From the NCBI GenBank assembly GCA_902609285.1, contig CACLRL010000005.1, forward strand, positions 1-63,537: a stretch of 63,537 bases of DNA, read 5' to 3'. The position numbers and the translations under genes were made by a program. Below are positions 45,502 through 55,048 of this stretch, piece by piece. The notes under the pieces were generated by a model. The model was not told the DNA's origin. It did not search any database and saw only the letters and a program-made list of their open reading frames with translations. Source of the stretch: an uncultured Candidatus Actinomarina sp. (GTDB taxonomy: Bacteria > Actinomycetota > Acidimicrobiia > Actinomarinales > Actinomarinaceae). The stretch's first letter is position 1; the number at the start of each line of letters is the position of its first letter.

Positions 45502-46267
45502 ATGTATCCCACAAGTCACGAACACCACTTATCTCTACATAAAAATTCCCAATTAAATAATGTAAAACCACAACATAAAGTATTAGGATGTTTTCTTATT
45601 GTTTTATCAATTGCATTTTCAAATGTTCAAAACAACTTACAAATTGTATCTCACATCGTTATTGTTATGTATATTTTATACCTTTCAAAAAATTCCTTTA
45701 AAAACATACTTTAAGAGACTGACTCTTGATATCCCTTTCATTCTGTTTGCATTATTTTTACCTTTTTTAAGTAGTGAGAACAATGACAAAGTTTTTGAAA
45801 TTTTTTCTTTAAACATTTACCAGACTGGATTAAGTGATATGTTAACTATATTATTTAAAGCAACTCTTGGTCTTACTATTGGAATAGTTCTTACTGCTGT
45901 AACTTCAAGTATGGAAATCATTTATGGTCTTCAGAAGTTAAAAGTTCCAAATATTTTAATTGCAATAATGTCATTTACAATTAGATATATTGACGTCTTT
46001 ATAGATGAGTTTAAAAGGGTAAGAATTTCAATGAAGTCGAGGGGATACTTAGAAAAAGGTTTAAAATCTCTAATCCCTATTGCTTTTGCATCTGGAGCTA
46101 TGCTAATCCGTGGTTATGAAAGAGGTGAAAGAGTCTATTTGTCAATGATCTCAAGAGGTTTTCAAGGAACAATAGAGTTTAAATCTCGAAGTTATAAAAC
46201 ATCATATAAATTTAGTTTATGTGTTGTATCTTCTTTAGTGATACTTGGTATAGATAAATTATTATGA
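45502..46267 (+). CDS. cbiQ: CbiQ/EcfT-type transporter transmembrane component, probably split by a 1-nt homopolymer frameshift (ORFs 45502..45714 and 45599..46267)
   Basis: The downstream ORF has the CbiQ core (..RYIDVFIDEFKRVRISMKSRG..). The upstream ORF supplies two further TM helices and an ..NNVKPQHKVLG.. segment like the family N-terminus. Removing one A from the A6 run at 45687-45692 joins them (..YLSKIPLKTYFKRL..), giving about 254 aa. Confidence 0.7.
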
Positions 46268-47010
46268 AAAATTATTTATCTGTAAAAAATTTAAGCTATT
46301 CATATCCTGATGGACACTTGGCTCTAAAAAAAATAAGCTTTGATTTGGCAGAAAAAGAATCATTAGCAATATTAGGTCCAAATGGTGCTGGAAAAACTAC
46401 ATTAATTCTTCATCTGAACGGAATACTTGGAACTTTAAATTCAGAAATAAGTGTGGATCAACTCGACTACATTGAAGATAACATTGGCAAGATTAGAAAA
46501 ACAGTCGGAATTGTATTTCAGGATCCAGATGACCAATTATTTATGCCAACAGTAATTGAAGATGTAATGTTTGGACCTAAAAATTTTGGATTTACCGATG
46601 AAGAATCAGAAAGATTAGCACTTGATGCACTTGATAAAGTTAATATGAGTGACTATTTAGATCGACCTCCTCATCATTTAAGTTATGGACAAAAAAGAAA
46701 AGTTGCAATTGCAAGTGTTTTAGCATCGAAGCCAAAACTTCTGGTGTTAGATGAACCTGGTTCAAATCTAGATCCATCTTCTCGTAGGGAATTAATTGAT
46801 ATTCTTAATAATTTAGACGTATCTAAAATTCTTGTGACTCATGACCTTCCAATGGCATTAGAAATTTGCAAAAGAAGTATCGTTTTAAATGATGGTGAAG
46901 TTACTCGAGATGATCAAACGATCAATATTTTAAATGATGAAAATTTTATGAAGGAAAATCGCTTAGAGCTTCCCTTTGGTTTTGCATTTCATCATTTTGG
47001 TGAAGAGTAA
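46264..47010 (+). CDS. cbiO: CbiO/EcfA-type ABC ATPase
   Basis: Walker A GPNGAGKTT, signature LSYGQKRK and Walker B LVLDEPGSNLD. Overlaps cbiQ by 4 nt. Confidence 0.85.
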   Translation: MKNYLSVKNLSYSYPDGHLALKKISFDLAEKESLAILGPNGAGKTTLILHLNGILGTLNSEISVDQLDYIEDNIGKIRKTVGIVFQDPDDQLFMPTVIEDVMFGPKNFGFTDEESERLALDALDKVNMSDYLDRPPHHLSYGQKRKVAIASVLASKPKLLVLDEPGSNLDPSSRRELIDILNNLDVSKILVTHDLPMALEICKRSIVLNDGEVTRDDQTINILNDENFMKENRLELPFGFAFHHFGEE

Positions 47011-48005
47011 GAATTATCTTTTACAAAAGAAACAATTTTCTTTCTTGCATCATAAGCTTCTTGGATTGGAAAAAATTGCCAAGCATGCCAAAGATCATCC
47101 CAGATTTGTAATTCGTGCTCGATTTTTTTATTTTTGAGTTTGTTTGAAAACTCAATTGCGTCATTATACAAAAGCTCACTTGAACAAACCTGAATTAATG
47201 TGTGTGGAAAATTATCAATATCAGCAAAAACTGGAGAAAGAATTGGATTATTTGGTTTATAATCACCTGAATAATGCTCACCAACCCAATGAACTCCATC
47301 AATAGCAAGTAGTATATCTTTATTTCTTAAATATTTTCTGTCTCTTTTCTTGTCAGATAGGTCTAGCCATGGAGACATTAGGACTAATTTATCTGGAGAA
47401 ATCGTAAATGTATCATCAACTAAAATACCCGTTGCAAGCCCCCCTCCAGCAGACTCACCCATCCATATTGACTGTTTGTTTCCCTCTATTCCAGTAATAA
47501 AATTTACTACTTTTTTTGCATCATCATGAGCTGCAGGAAAGTTGAACTCTGGTGTCAATTTATATTCAAAAAAATAAAAAGGCATCTCTAAATCATTTGT
47601 AAATTGGGAAACGATGTTTTTATGAGAAGTTACACTGCCCGTATAGTAACCTCCTCCATGAAAATAAATACCGTAAACGTCATCTTTGGCATTTTTTGGA
47701 GTAAATTTATAAATTTCTAATTCCGAATTTTCAATTTTTTCAAAATCAACATTTTGATTATATTCAATTAGCCTTGAGCCGGAGTAATCATAGCCAACTC
47801 TTGATGTTCTGGCAAAATCTATTCGATCTTGAAAAGTAAATTGACTCTTTGGTTTATTTAGTAATATCCTGTCCCTTAATTTTCTTAATGGAAGAACTGT
47901 TTTATATAATTTTGTTCTAAATTGAACAGGTAGCCTTGGAATGTAATCAAGGGTAAATATTTCAAGAATTTTAATTAATAAATTAACCACATATTTAGTA
48001 TACAA
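46992..48005 (-). CDS. Alpha/beta-hydrolase fold-3 esterase/lipase (HSL family)
   Basis: HGGGY oxyanion motif and GESAGG nucleophile elbow. Confidence 0.75.
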   Translation of the reverse strand: MYTKYVVNLLIKILEIFTLDYIPRLPVQFRTKLYKTVLPLRKLRDRILLNKPKSQFTFQDRIDFARTSRVGYDYSGSRLIEYNQNVDFEKIENSELEIYKFTPKNAKDDVYGIYFHGGGYYTGSVTSHKNIVSQFTNDLEMPFYFFEYKLTPEFNFPAAHDDAKKVVNFITGIEGNKQSIWMGESAGGGLATGILVDDTFTISPDKLVLMSPWLDLSDKKRDRKYLRNKDILLAIDGVHWVGEHYSGDYKPNNPILSPVFADIDNFPHTLIQVCSSELLYNDAIEFSNKLKNKKIEHELQIWDDLWHAWQFFPIQEAYDARKKIVSFVKDNSYSSPK

Positions 48006-48032
48006 TTTTTCAAGAATGAATAAATACCTATA

Positions 48033-49121
48033 ATGGTTTCTATGAAAAAAGTAAAAGGTTCGATTGCCATTCTCGGCTCAGGTGAGACTAGCCCAAATCT
48101 AGTTTCAGTACACAGAAAGTTACTTAATAGATTAAGTGATGACGTGTCTGCTTCATTAATTGATACGCCTTTTGGATTTCAAGAAAACGCTGATCAGCTT
48201 GTTGAAAAATTAATTGAATTTTATGATGTAAGTTTAAATACAGATATCAAACTTGCTAGTTATAGAACTAAAAAAGATTTTAAATCTGTTGAGTATTTTG
48301 AATTTACAAAAATCATCCAGGGTTCAAATTTTATTTTCTCAGGACCAGGAAGTCCAAGTTATGCTTCAAAAAATTGGATAGACACAGATGTTCCAGAAAT
48401 TTTTAAAGAAAAGCTTATAAATGGAAGCAGCCTTGTATTTGCAAGTGCAGCTGCATCAACTCTTGGAATAAGAACTATTCCAGTTTATGAAATTTACAAG
48501 GTAGGAATTGATCCTTATTGGGAAAATGGAATAAATTTACTTGAAGTCTTTGATGTAGATTGTGTTGTAGTTCCTCACTTTAACAATAAAGAAGGGGGCA
48601 ATCACGATACTAGTATTAGTTACCTTGGACAAAATAGGATGAAAATATTACAGGAAATTAATCCAACGAATATTTTAGGAATTGATGAACATACTGCGTT
48701 AATAATTGACGGAGAAGAAGACTCTTTCGAAGTAGAAGGTTTAGGAGAAGTAACTGTCATTAACAAAAATGTCACAAAGAAATTCAAAATTGGAGATAAG
48801 TACAATTTAGATGAGCTTAAAGAGCTCTTAAAAAATGATGCCTCCCTTAAAAAAGTAAAAAACGAACCTGATTTGTCGTTAAATGAAGACGCTGAAGATG
48901 CTTTGAAAAAAGAAATTGCTGATTTACGAATAGAGATTAATGAAAATAAGAAAAATTCTGAAAATGTTAATAAATTAATAGATAAATTAATAGAGTATAG
49001 ATTAACACTTCGGTCATTACAAAAATATGAAGAATCAGATGTAGTTAGAGATATATTGACAAATTCAAATATTGAAATTGAAGATAATAAAGAATCTTCA
49101 AGTTGGAAATTTAAAGATTAA
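48033..49121 (+). CDS. Hypothetical protein: GATase1/peptidase-S51-like N-domain plus a coiled coil and a CysRS-C-terminal-like tail
   Basis: The N-terminus has AILGSGETSP..FSGPGSP... The C-terminus (..YEESDVVRDILTNSNIEIEDNKESSSWKF) resembles the ..aD.iRd.L...Gi.leD...g..W motif at the end of cysteinyl-tRNA synthetases. Confidence 0.45.
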   Translation: MVSMKKVKGSIAILGSGETSPNLVSVHRKLLNRLSDDVSASLIDTPFGFQENADQLVEKLIEFYDVSLNTDIKLASYRTKKDFKSVEYFEFTKIIQGSNFIFSGPGSPSYASKNWIDTDVPEIFKEKLINGSSLVFASAAASTLGIRTIPVYEIYKVGIDPYWENGINLLEVFDVDCVVVPHFNNKEGGNHDTSISYLGQNRMKILQEINPTNILGIDEHTALIIDGEEDSFEVEGLGEVTVINKNVTKKFKIGDKYNLDELKELLKNDASLKKVKNEPDLSLNEDAEDALKKEIADLRIEINENKKNSENVNKLIDKLIEYRLTLRSLQKYEESDVVRDILTNSNIEIEDNKESSSWKFKD

Positions 49122-49927
49122 TTGATCCGTATTTTCCTAATATTTTAAATTCTTTTGCAACTTGACCTAAATTATCTTTTAGAAGCTGATCGATTTTTGT
49201 ATCAGAGTTTTGATAATCGACATAGAACTTATATTCCCATGGGGATCCAAGAATTGGTCTTGATTCTAACTTAGTCAAATTCAATTTAAGTACATCAAAA
49301 AACCGTAAGAGCTTTCAACAAAGAACCTGGCTCGTCTTGTGCTACCAGAATCGCTGAACGAAGGTTTTCATCTTCTTTAATCGGTGGTGGCGTCTTTCCA
49401 GTTAGAAAAAATCTTGTGTAATTTTCTTCATGATTTGAAATATTTTTTTCAATTATTGTAAATCTTTCATCATTATTAAAATGCTCTCCTGCAATCGCTC
49501 CAATCTCTTCTGATTTATTGTTAAGTAAACTTAAAACACCTCCTGCAGTATCAAATACTGGTTGTAATTCTATGTCTAGTTTATTTAAATATTTACTACA
49601 CTGCTGTAAGGCTTGTGGGTGAGAAATTATCTTTTTCAAATTTTGTTTTTGTGTCCCTGCTAATCCAATTAGGGCATGATTAATTTTCTTTTTAACTTCT
49701 AAAAATATTTCAAGTTCGTATTCAATTAAACTTTCATAAGCCTCGATTACAGTTCCAACAAGAGAGTTTTCAATTGGCAAAAGTCCAAAACCATCATTTG
49801 AAGCATTTATAGAGACATCTTGAAAAGTTTTACAAGAAATTAATTCTGAATCTGGGAACATTTCAAGTAAAACCGATTCCGAATAAGAACCTTCTGAACC
49901 TTGATAATATATTTTTTTATTTTTCAT
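49111..49927 (-). CDS. pheA: Prephenate dehydratase, interrupted by a 1-nt homopolymer frameshift (ORF track sees 49295..49927)
   Basis: The PDT domain is intact, then stops at ..LKALTVF*. Removing one T from the minus-strand T6 run (plus A6 at 49297-49302) restores the ACT domain ..FDVLKLNLTKLESRPILGSPWEYKFYVDYQ..KILGKYGSINL* (271 aa). Confidence 0.85.
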
Positions 49928-50346
49928 TTAAATAATCTATACCCATCTTATATCCATTAACCCCATGACCTATAAATGATTTCTCGCAAATGTCATTAAT
50001 TAAATTAGTTTTTCTAAACGATTCACGTTCTTTTATATCACTTATGTGAACTTCAATGATAGGAACTGAAAGAAGTAACAAAGAATCTCTCAATGAAACA
50101 CTTGTATGGGTGTAGGCACCAGGATTTACGATGACTCCATCAATTTTCTCATTAATTATTTCTTGTATGTAATCACAGATTTCGCCCTCATGATTTGATT
50201 GAAAAAAAAACCAGATCATTAGTTTTTTTTGCATGTTCTTCAAGTTCACTAACTAACTCTTGATAAGTTGTAGTGCCATATTTTGAAATTTCTCTCTTAC
50301 CTAAAAAGTTCAAATTTGGACCATTAATGATTACTATTTTACGCAT
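49917..50346 (-). CDS. aroQ: 3-dehydroquinate dehydratase type II, interrupted by a 1-nt homopolymer frameshift (ORF track sees 49917..50249)
   Basis: The ATG at 50346 (overlapping the aroB stop) gives MRKIVIINGPNLNFLGKREISKYGTTTYQEL..KKTNDLVFF, then leaves the frame. Removing one base from the minus-strand T9 run (plus A9 at 50202-50210) continues QSNHEGE..NPGAYTHTS..IEVHISD (142 aa). Confidence 0.85.
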
Positions 50347-51337
50347 TGGTTAAAACCTCTAATAAGTCGTTAATCGAAAAGTCAATTAACACTGGCTCTT
50401 GAATATTTTTAATAAGAACAAATTTAACAACATCACTTGTCACTTTTTTATCGTTTGAAATTATCTCTTTTAACTCTGATTGATTGCTATTGAAACTGTA
50501 TTCCGTTTTCATTGACTGTTTGTTTAAAAATGACTTAAATTCATCTCTGATTGAACTATTAAGATTAAATTTACTCTCCGATATTTCAAGCCCTTTTAAC
50601 ATTCCAATTGCAACGGCTTGTCCATGAGAAATAGAATAATTTGAGTCCTTTTCGATCAGATGGCCGATTGTATGGCCTAAGTTTAAAAACATTCTTTCAT
50701 TACTTTCACGTAAGTCATTTTTTAAAATGTTGTACTTTACTTGAATACTTTTTTTAATTATTTCTTCTAGATTGTTGAGTTTATCTTGGTATATCATTTC
50801 AATAATTTCTTTGTCACCTAAAAAGCCTGCCTTTAATGATTCAATAATTCCATTATTTATTTCAATATCTGATAAAGAATCTAAAAACTCTGTACAAATA
50901 AATATTTTTTCTGGAATGAAGAATGTACCAATTTGGTTTTTGCCAAATTCATTATTGAACCCTGTTTTTCCTCCATGTGCTGCGTCAACCATACCAAGGA
51001 ATGTTGAAGGAACCAACGATAAATTTGCTCCTCTTTTAAAGGTGCTTGTAGCAAAACCTACTAGGTCACTCAACACGCCTCCACCTATCCCAATTATTTT
51101 TGAACTTCTATCAAGCGACTCTGAAAACATTATTTTCCAAATTTTTTGAATTGTATTTAAATCTTTAGTGGATTCATTAATTTCTATTTCAAAAATCTTA
51201 AATTTTGGATCTAGATTAATAATTGAAGACAACTTTGAATCAATAAATATTACATGCTTCTCCTGATTGATAAAATTTTTTAGTTGACTATCAAGATCAT
51301 CAAATTTATTTGAATAATGTATTTCAGATAACTTCAT
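50339..51337 (-). CDS. aroB: 3-dehydroquinate synthase
   Basis: IGIGGGVLSDLVGFA, the NLGHTIGH metal site and HGQAVAIGM. Confidence 0.9.
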   Translation of the reverse strand: MKLSEIHYSNKFDDLDSQLKNFINQEKHVIFIDSKLSSIINLDPKFKIFEIEINESTKDLNTIQKIWKIMFSESLDRSSKIIGIGGGVLSDLVGFATSTFKRGANLSLVPSTFLGMVDAAHGGKTGFNNEFGKNQIGTFFIPEKIFICTEFLDSLSDIEINNGIIESLKAGFLGDKEIIEMIYQDKLNNLEEIIKKSIQVKYNILKNDLRESNERMFLNLGHTIGHLIEKDSNYSISHGQAVAIGMLKGLEISESKFNLNSSIRDEFKSFLNKQSMKTEYSFNSNQSELKEIISNDKKVTSDVVKFVLIKNIQEPVLIDFSINDLLEVLTNA

Positions 51338-51833
51338 TTTTTAGCCAACTATTTTTAATTATGATTTCAGCAATATTTTTAATTTTTTTATCCGAAATTT
51401 CTAAAATATGATTTGATTGATTGTATAAATCTTCTCTTGATTGAAATAGTTTATAAATTTTTTCTTTTCCTTCTTTTACTAAAGGTCTTTCAGTATTTTG
51501 GATCTGATTCCATAAATTTTCAAAAGTATCTTTCAGATAAAAAGTAAATCCGTTATTTTTAAGCTCATCAAATATATTTTTTATTTCTAAAGATCCTCCT
51601 CCAAGAGCAACTACAGAATCATTTTTGGGTAACATTTGGAATGTTTCTAATTCGATTTGCCGAAAATATTTTTCGCCTTTTGATTCAAAGATTTTACTTA
51701 TACTTCCATGTTTCTTTTCTATATCTTCATCTAGATCAAAAGTATTACTTTGAATCTTTTGTCTTATTTTTTTCAATACAGATGTTTTTCCGCAACCCAT
51801 AAACCCAACGAGGTAAATATTATTATATTTCAT
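51324..51833 (-). CDS. aroK: Shikimate kinase
   Basis: Walker A GFMGCGKTS and ALGGGS. Confidence 0.9.
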   Translation of the reverse strand: MKYNNIYLVGFMGCGKTSVLKKIRQKIQSNTFDLDEDIEKKHGSISKIFESKGEKYFRQIELETFQMLPKNDSVVALGGGSLEIKNIFDELKNNGFTFYLKDTFENLWNQIQNTERPLVKEGKEKIYKLFQSREDLYNQSNHILEISDKKIKNIAEIIIKNSWLKNEVI

Positions 51834-52998
51834 ATTTCATATTCCAGGTTTTATTATCTAGATCAAACTCGTCTAAATGCAGCTTTGAAATGTTTTCAAA
51901 GTTTTTTGTTATTTCTTTTTTGCTATCCCCCCCAGTTTTTATTAGTAAATTCTTAAGAATTTCTAATGCCATTGCGCTCTCAAATATGGGGACAGCTCTT
52001 GGGACGGCACAGGTATCAGATCGTTCATATACTGTCTCTGTTTCATTTTTAGTTGATAAATCAATACTTTTGATAGGAGTCAAAGTTGTGCTGATCGGTT
52101 TTAAGTAAGCTTTTACAACTATATCCTCCCCATTTGTCATCCCTCCTTCAAAACCTCCTAAATTATTTGATTCTTTTTTAATGTTTTCTTGGTCAAGGAA
52201 ATACTGATCTTGAACCTCAGTTCCATAATTTTTAGATACTTCTATCCCATTACCAATTTCTACTGCTTTTACACTTTGTATAGACATAAAAATTCGCGCC
52301 ATATTTGCATCTAATTTTCTATCCCAATGAACGAAACTACCCAGTGTTGGAGGTACGCCTGTTGCAATTGTGGTAATAGAACCTCCAAGAGTATCCTTCT
52401 TTTTTCTTGCAAGTTTTATTTCATTTTCCATCTCTTTGGAAATTTTGTCATCTGGACACGACACTGAAGATTCTGTAACTTTATTTTGCAGATTTTTAAT
52501 GCCATCTGTTCCTTTATATGAATACTCCAGTAATCCAATTCCTGAAACATATCCACAAATATGTATGTCAAAATTTTCAAGTATTTGTGCAGCTATTGCT
52601 CCAATTGCACATCTCATTGCAGTTTCCCTGGCACTTGATCTTTCAAGAATTAGGCGAATATCCTTTGCATCATACTTTGCAGTTCCAACTAGGTCAGCAT
52701 GACCAGGTCTAGGAACTACATATGGATCAATATCTTTATCTTTCCAATTTTTCCAATCGTTGTTCTTTATTTTTAATGTAATTGGTCCACCAGTTGTGAG
52801 ATTATTAATTATCCCCGAAGAAATCTCTACCTGATCGGATTCAATATTCATTCTTCCACCAGACCCCAAACTTTTTTGTCTACGTTGAAGAAAACTGTCT
52901 ATGTATTCTTTTGTAACAAGAAAACCTGATGGTAATCCCTCAATTATCCCCGTTAGCTCTGGCCCATGACTCTCGCCTGCAGTTAAAAATCTAATCAT
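51823..52998 (-). CDS. aroC: Chorismate synthase
   Basis: MIRFLTAGESHGP, RPGHAD and SARETA signatures. Confidence 0.95.
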   Translation of the reverse strand: MIRFLTAGESHGPELTGIIEGLPSGFLVTKEYIDSFLQRRQKSLGSGGRMNIESDQVEISSGIINNLTTGGPITLKIKNNDWKNWKDKDIDPYVVPRPGHADLVGTAKYDAKDIRLILERSSARETAMRCAIGAIAAQILENFDIHICGYVSGIGLLEYSYKGTDGIKNLQNKVTESSVSCPDDKISKEMENEIKLARKKKDTLGGSITTIATGVPPTLGSFVHWDRKLDANMARIFMSIQSVKAVEIGNGIEVSKNYGTEVQDQYFLDQENIKKESNNLGGFEGGMTNGEDIVVKAYLKPISTTLTPIKSIDLSTKNETETVYERSDTCAVPRAVPIFESAMALEILKNLLIKTGGDSKKEITKNFENISKLHLDEFDLDNKTWNMKYEI

Positions 52999-53779
52999 TT
53001 TTGTTCACCAATAATTTGTATAACTCATCATATATATCTAATACTTGTAAGTTAAGGTTTGTCCATATGTTAAATGATAAGATTGCCTGACATATGAGCA
53101 TTCCAATACCATTGTATGAATTCACAGAATCAAGTAATGGTTTAAAAAAATTACCAGTATTTCCATATCCTATATTCAAAAATAAATCTAGGTTAGTAAA
53201 TTTGTTTACATCTAAGTCCAAAGAAAGGTTATTCAAATGTGACATACCAATAGGAGTTGTATTGATAAGAAAATTTATCTCCGATCCAATATCTTCTGCC
53301 TCTTTATAAGAAATAGTATCCTCAGTCACATTTCTGCTAGCAATATGCGTACTCGATGAATTACTTGATAATGCATACCTAATTGCTTTTGAGCTTCCAC
53401 CACTGCCTAAGACAAGTATATTTTTATCTTTCCAATCATAATCTATTTTATTTAAGAAAAATAAGAAGCCTTCATAGTCAGTGTTATAGTATTCAATACT
53501 TTCACCACTAGATTTAACAGTATTGATTGCTCCTATTGATTGAGCATGTTCATCTACGATTGAATTTATATTTAATCCTAAAATATTTTCTTTATGTGGG
53601 ATTGTAATATTGTATCCGTCTAGTCTCTTATTAAGATTGTGAATATTTTTCTCATCTATGTTCTCAATTTTTAATAATTCATAATTACCTTCAAGCTGAG
53701 TCATATTTAATAATGATTTGTGAATAAAGGGAGAATATGTCTTTTCAAGGGGCCAACCTAAAACACCAAAATTATTCAT
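52991..53779 (-). CDS. aroE: Shikimate 5-dehydrogenase
   Basis: SPFIHK, NITIPHK, GAINT and LGSGGSSKA motifs. Confidence 0.85.
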   Translation of the reverse strand: MNNFGVLGWPLEKTYSPFIHKSLLNMTQLEGNYELLKIENIDEKNIHNLNKRLDGYNITIPHKENILGLNINSIVDEHAQSIGAINTVKSSGESIEYYNTDYEGFLFFLNKIDYDWKDKNILVLGSGGSSKAIRYALSSNSSSTHIASRNVTEDTISYKEAEDIGSEINFLINTTPIGMSHLNNLSLDLDVNKFTNLDLFLNIGYGNTGNFFKPLLDSVNSYNGIGMLICQAILSFNIWTNLNLQVLDIYDELYKLLVNKND

Positions 53780-55025
53780 TGATCTCAGCTCCTAATTCTT
53801 TTAAATCCTCAAAAAAAGAAGGATATGAATCTTTAATGCATTCTTTATTATCAGGGATTATTTTTTTTCCAAGAGCTATATTCGCAATTATTGCTGTCAT
53901 TGCAATTCTGTGATCATCAAAAGTTTTAATTAAACCATCTCGGAGATCTTGAATGCCTTTAATCTCAAATCCATCATCATAAACTTCAATTTTCCCGCCT
54001 AATTCAAGAATAAATTTTTTCATGACATCTAACCTATCTGATTCTTTGACTTTCAGTTCTTCTGCTCCAACAAGTTTTGTAATACCAATAGCTTGGGATG
54101 CTAAAAAAGTGAAAATTGGAATTTCATCAATAAAATCGGCCACTTCCTCTTTTGTCACAGTCGTACCATTTAGAGTTGATTTTTTTACCTTAATATCTCC
54201 AATTACTTCATTATTTTCTTCATTAATGTTCACAATTTCAATATTTGCACCCATCCTCTTTAAAATCTTTACAAACCCAAGTCTCCTCTCATTAATTAAC
54301 ATATTTTCAAGTATTATTTCTTTTCCTTTGAGCACGCCAAGTGCAATTAGGAATGCTCCTGACGATATATCACCAGGTATTGAAATGTTTAAAGGTTTAA
54401 GATTATTTGTTGGAGATACAGTAATAGTGTTACCAAGTCTCAGTATGTTTGCACCCATCGCAATTAACATTCTTTCCGTATGATCTCTTGTGGCAACTGT
54501 TTCTTCAATTAACGTTGGTTCACTATGGTACAAAGAGGCAATAATTAATGCGCTTTTAACCTGAGCACTAGGAACAAGAGTATTTTGAAAATTAAATGAA
54601 TATTCTGATGATTTAAATTTGATTGGAAGAAAAGAATTCTTTATATTAATTGAAGCTCCGTTTTGAACTAACAAATCTGTAATTCTGTTCATTGGTCTTT
54701 TATTCAACTGGGGGCTTCCTTTTAGTGTTGACGAAAAATTTTGTTTAGATAATAGACCAATTAATAATCTTGCAGTGGTTCCTGAATTCATGGCATTAAG
54801 ATCTTTTTTTGGTTCTTTCAGGCCGTTGAGTCCGTTACCAATTATGGAAACTGTATCATTTAACTTGATATCGATACCCATTTGCTCAATTATCTTTAAG
54901 GTAGCCTTTGTGTCTTCACTCATTAATAAATTTTGTATATTTGAAGTTCCGTCAGCTAACGCAGCAAATATTATTGCTCGATGAGAAATAGACTTATCTC
55001 CAATGAGAGCAACATTACCAGACAA
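53772..55025 (-). CDS. aroA: 3-phosphoshikimate 1-carboxyvinyltransferase (EPSP synthase)
   Basis: GDKSISHR, NSGTTARL and DHRIAM motifs. Confidence 0.95.
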   Translation of the reverse strand: MSGNVALIGDKSISHRAIIFAALADGTSNIQNLLMSEDTKATLKIIEQMGIDIKLNDTVSIIGNGLNGLKEPKKDLNAMNSGTTARLLIGLLSKQNFSSTLKGSPQLNKRPMNRITDLLVQNGASINIKNSFLPIKFKSSEYSFNFQNTLVPSAQVKSALIIASLYHSEPTLIEETVATRDHTERMLIAMGANILRLGNTITVSPTNNLKPLNISIPGDISSGAFLIALGVLKGKEIILENMLINERRLGFVKILKRMGANIEIVNINEENNEVIGDIKVKKSTLNGTTVTKEEVADFIDEIPIFTFLASQAIGITKLVGAEELKVKESDRLDVMKKFILELGGKIEVYDDGFEIKGIQDLRDGLIKTFDDHRIAMTAIIANIALGKKIIPDNKECIKDSYPSFFEDLKELGAEINE

Positions 55026-55048
55026 TAATCTGCTAAATAATTTTAATT

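Noticed and set aside
45599-46267. The 222-aa ORF starting at ATG 45599 could be accepted as a complete CbiQ.
   Set aside because: This is possible but less likely. The overlapping upstream frame (45502..45714) encodes two additional TM helices and a family-like N-terminal segment, and it joins cleanly at an A6 run, mirroring the other homopolymer breaks. I kept it as an alternative.
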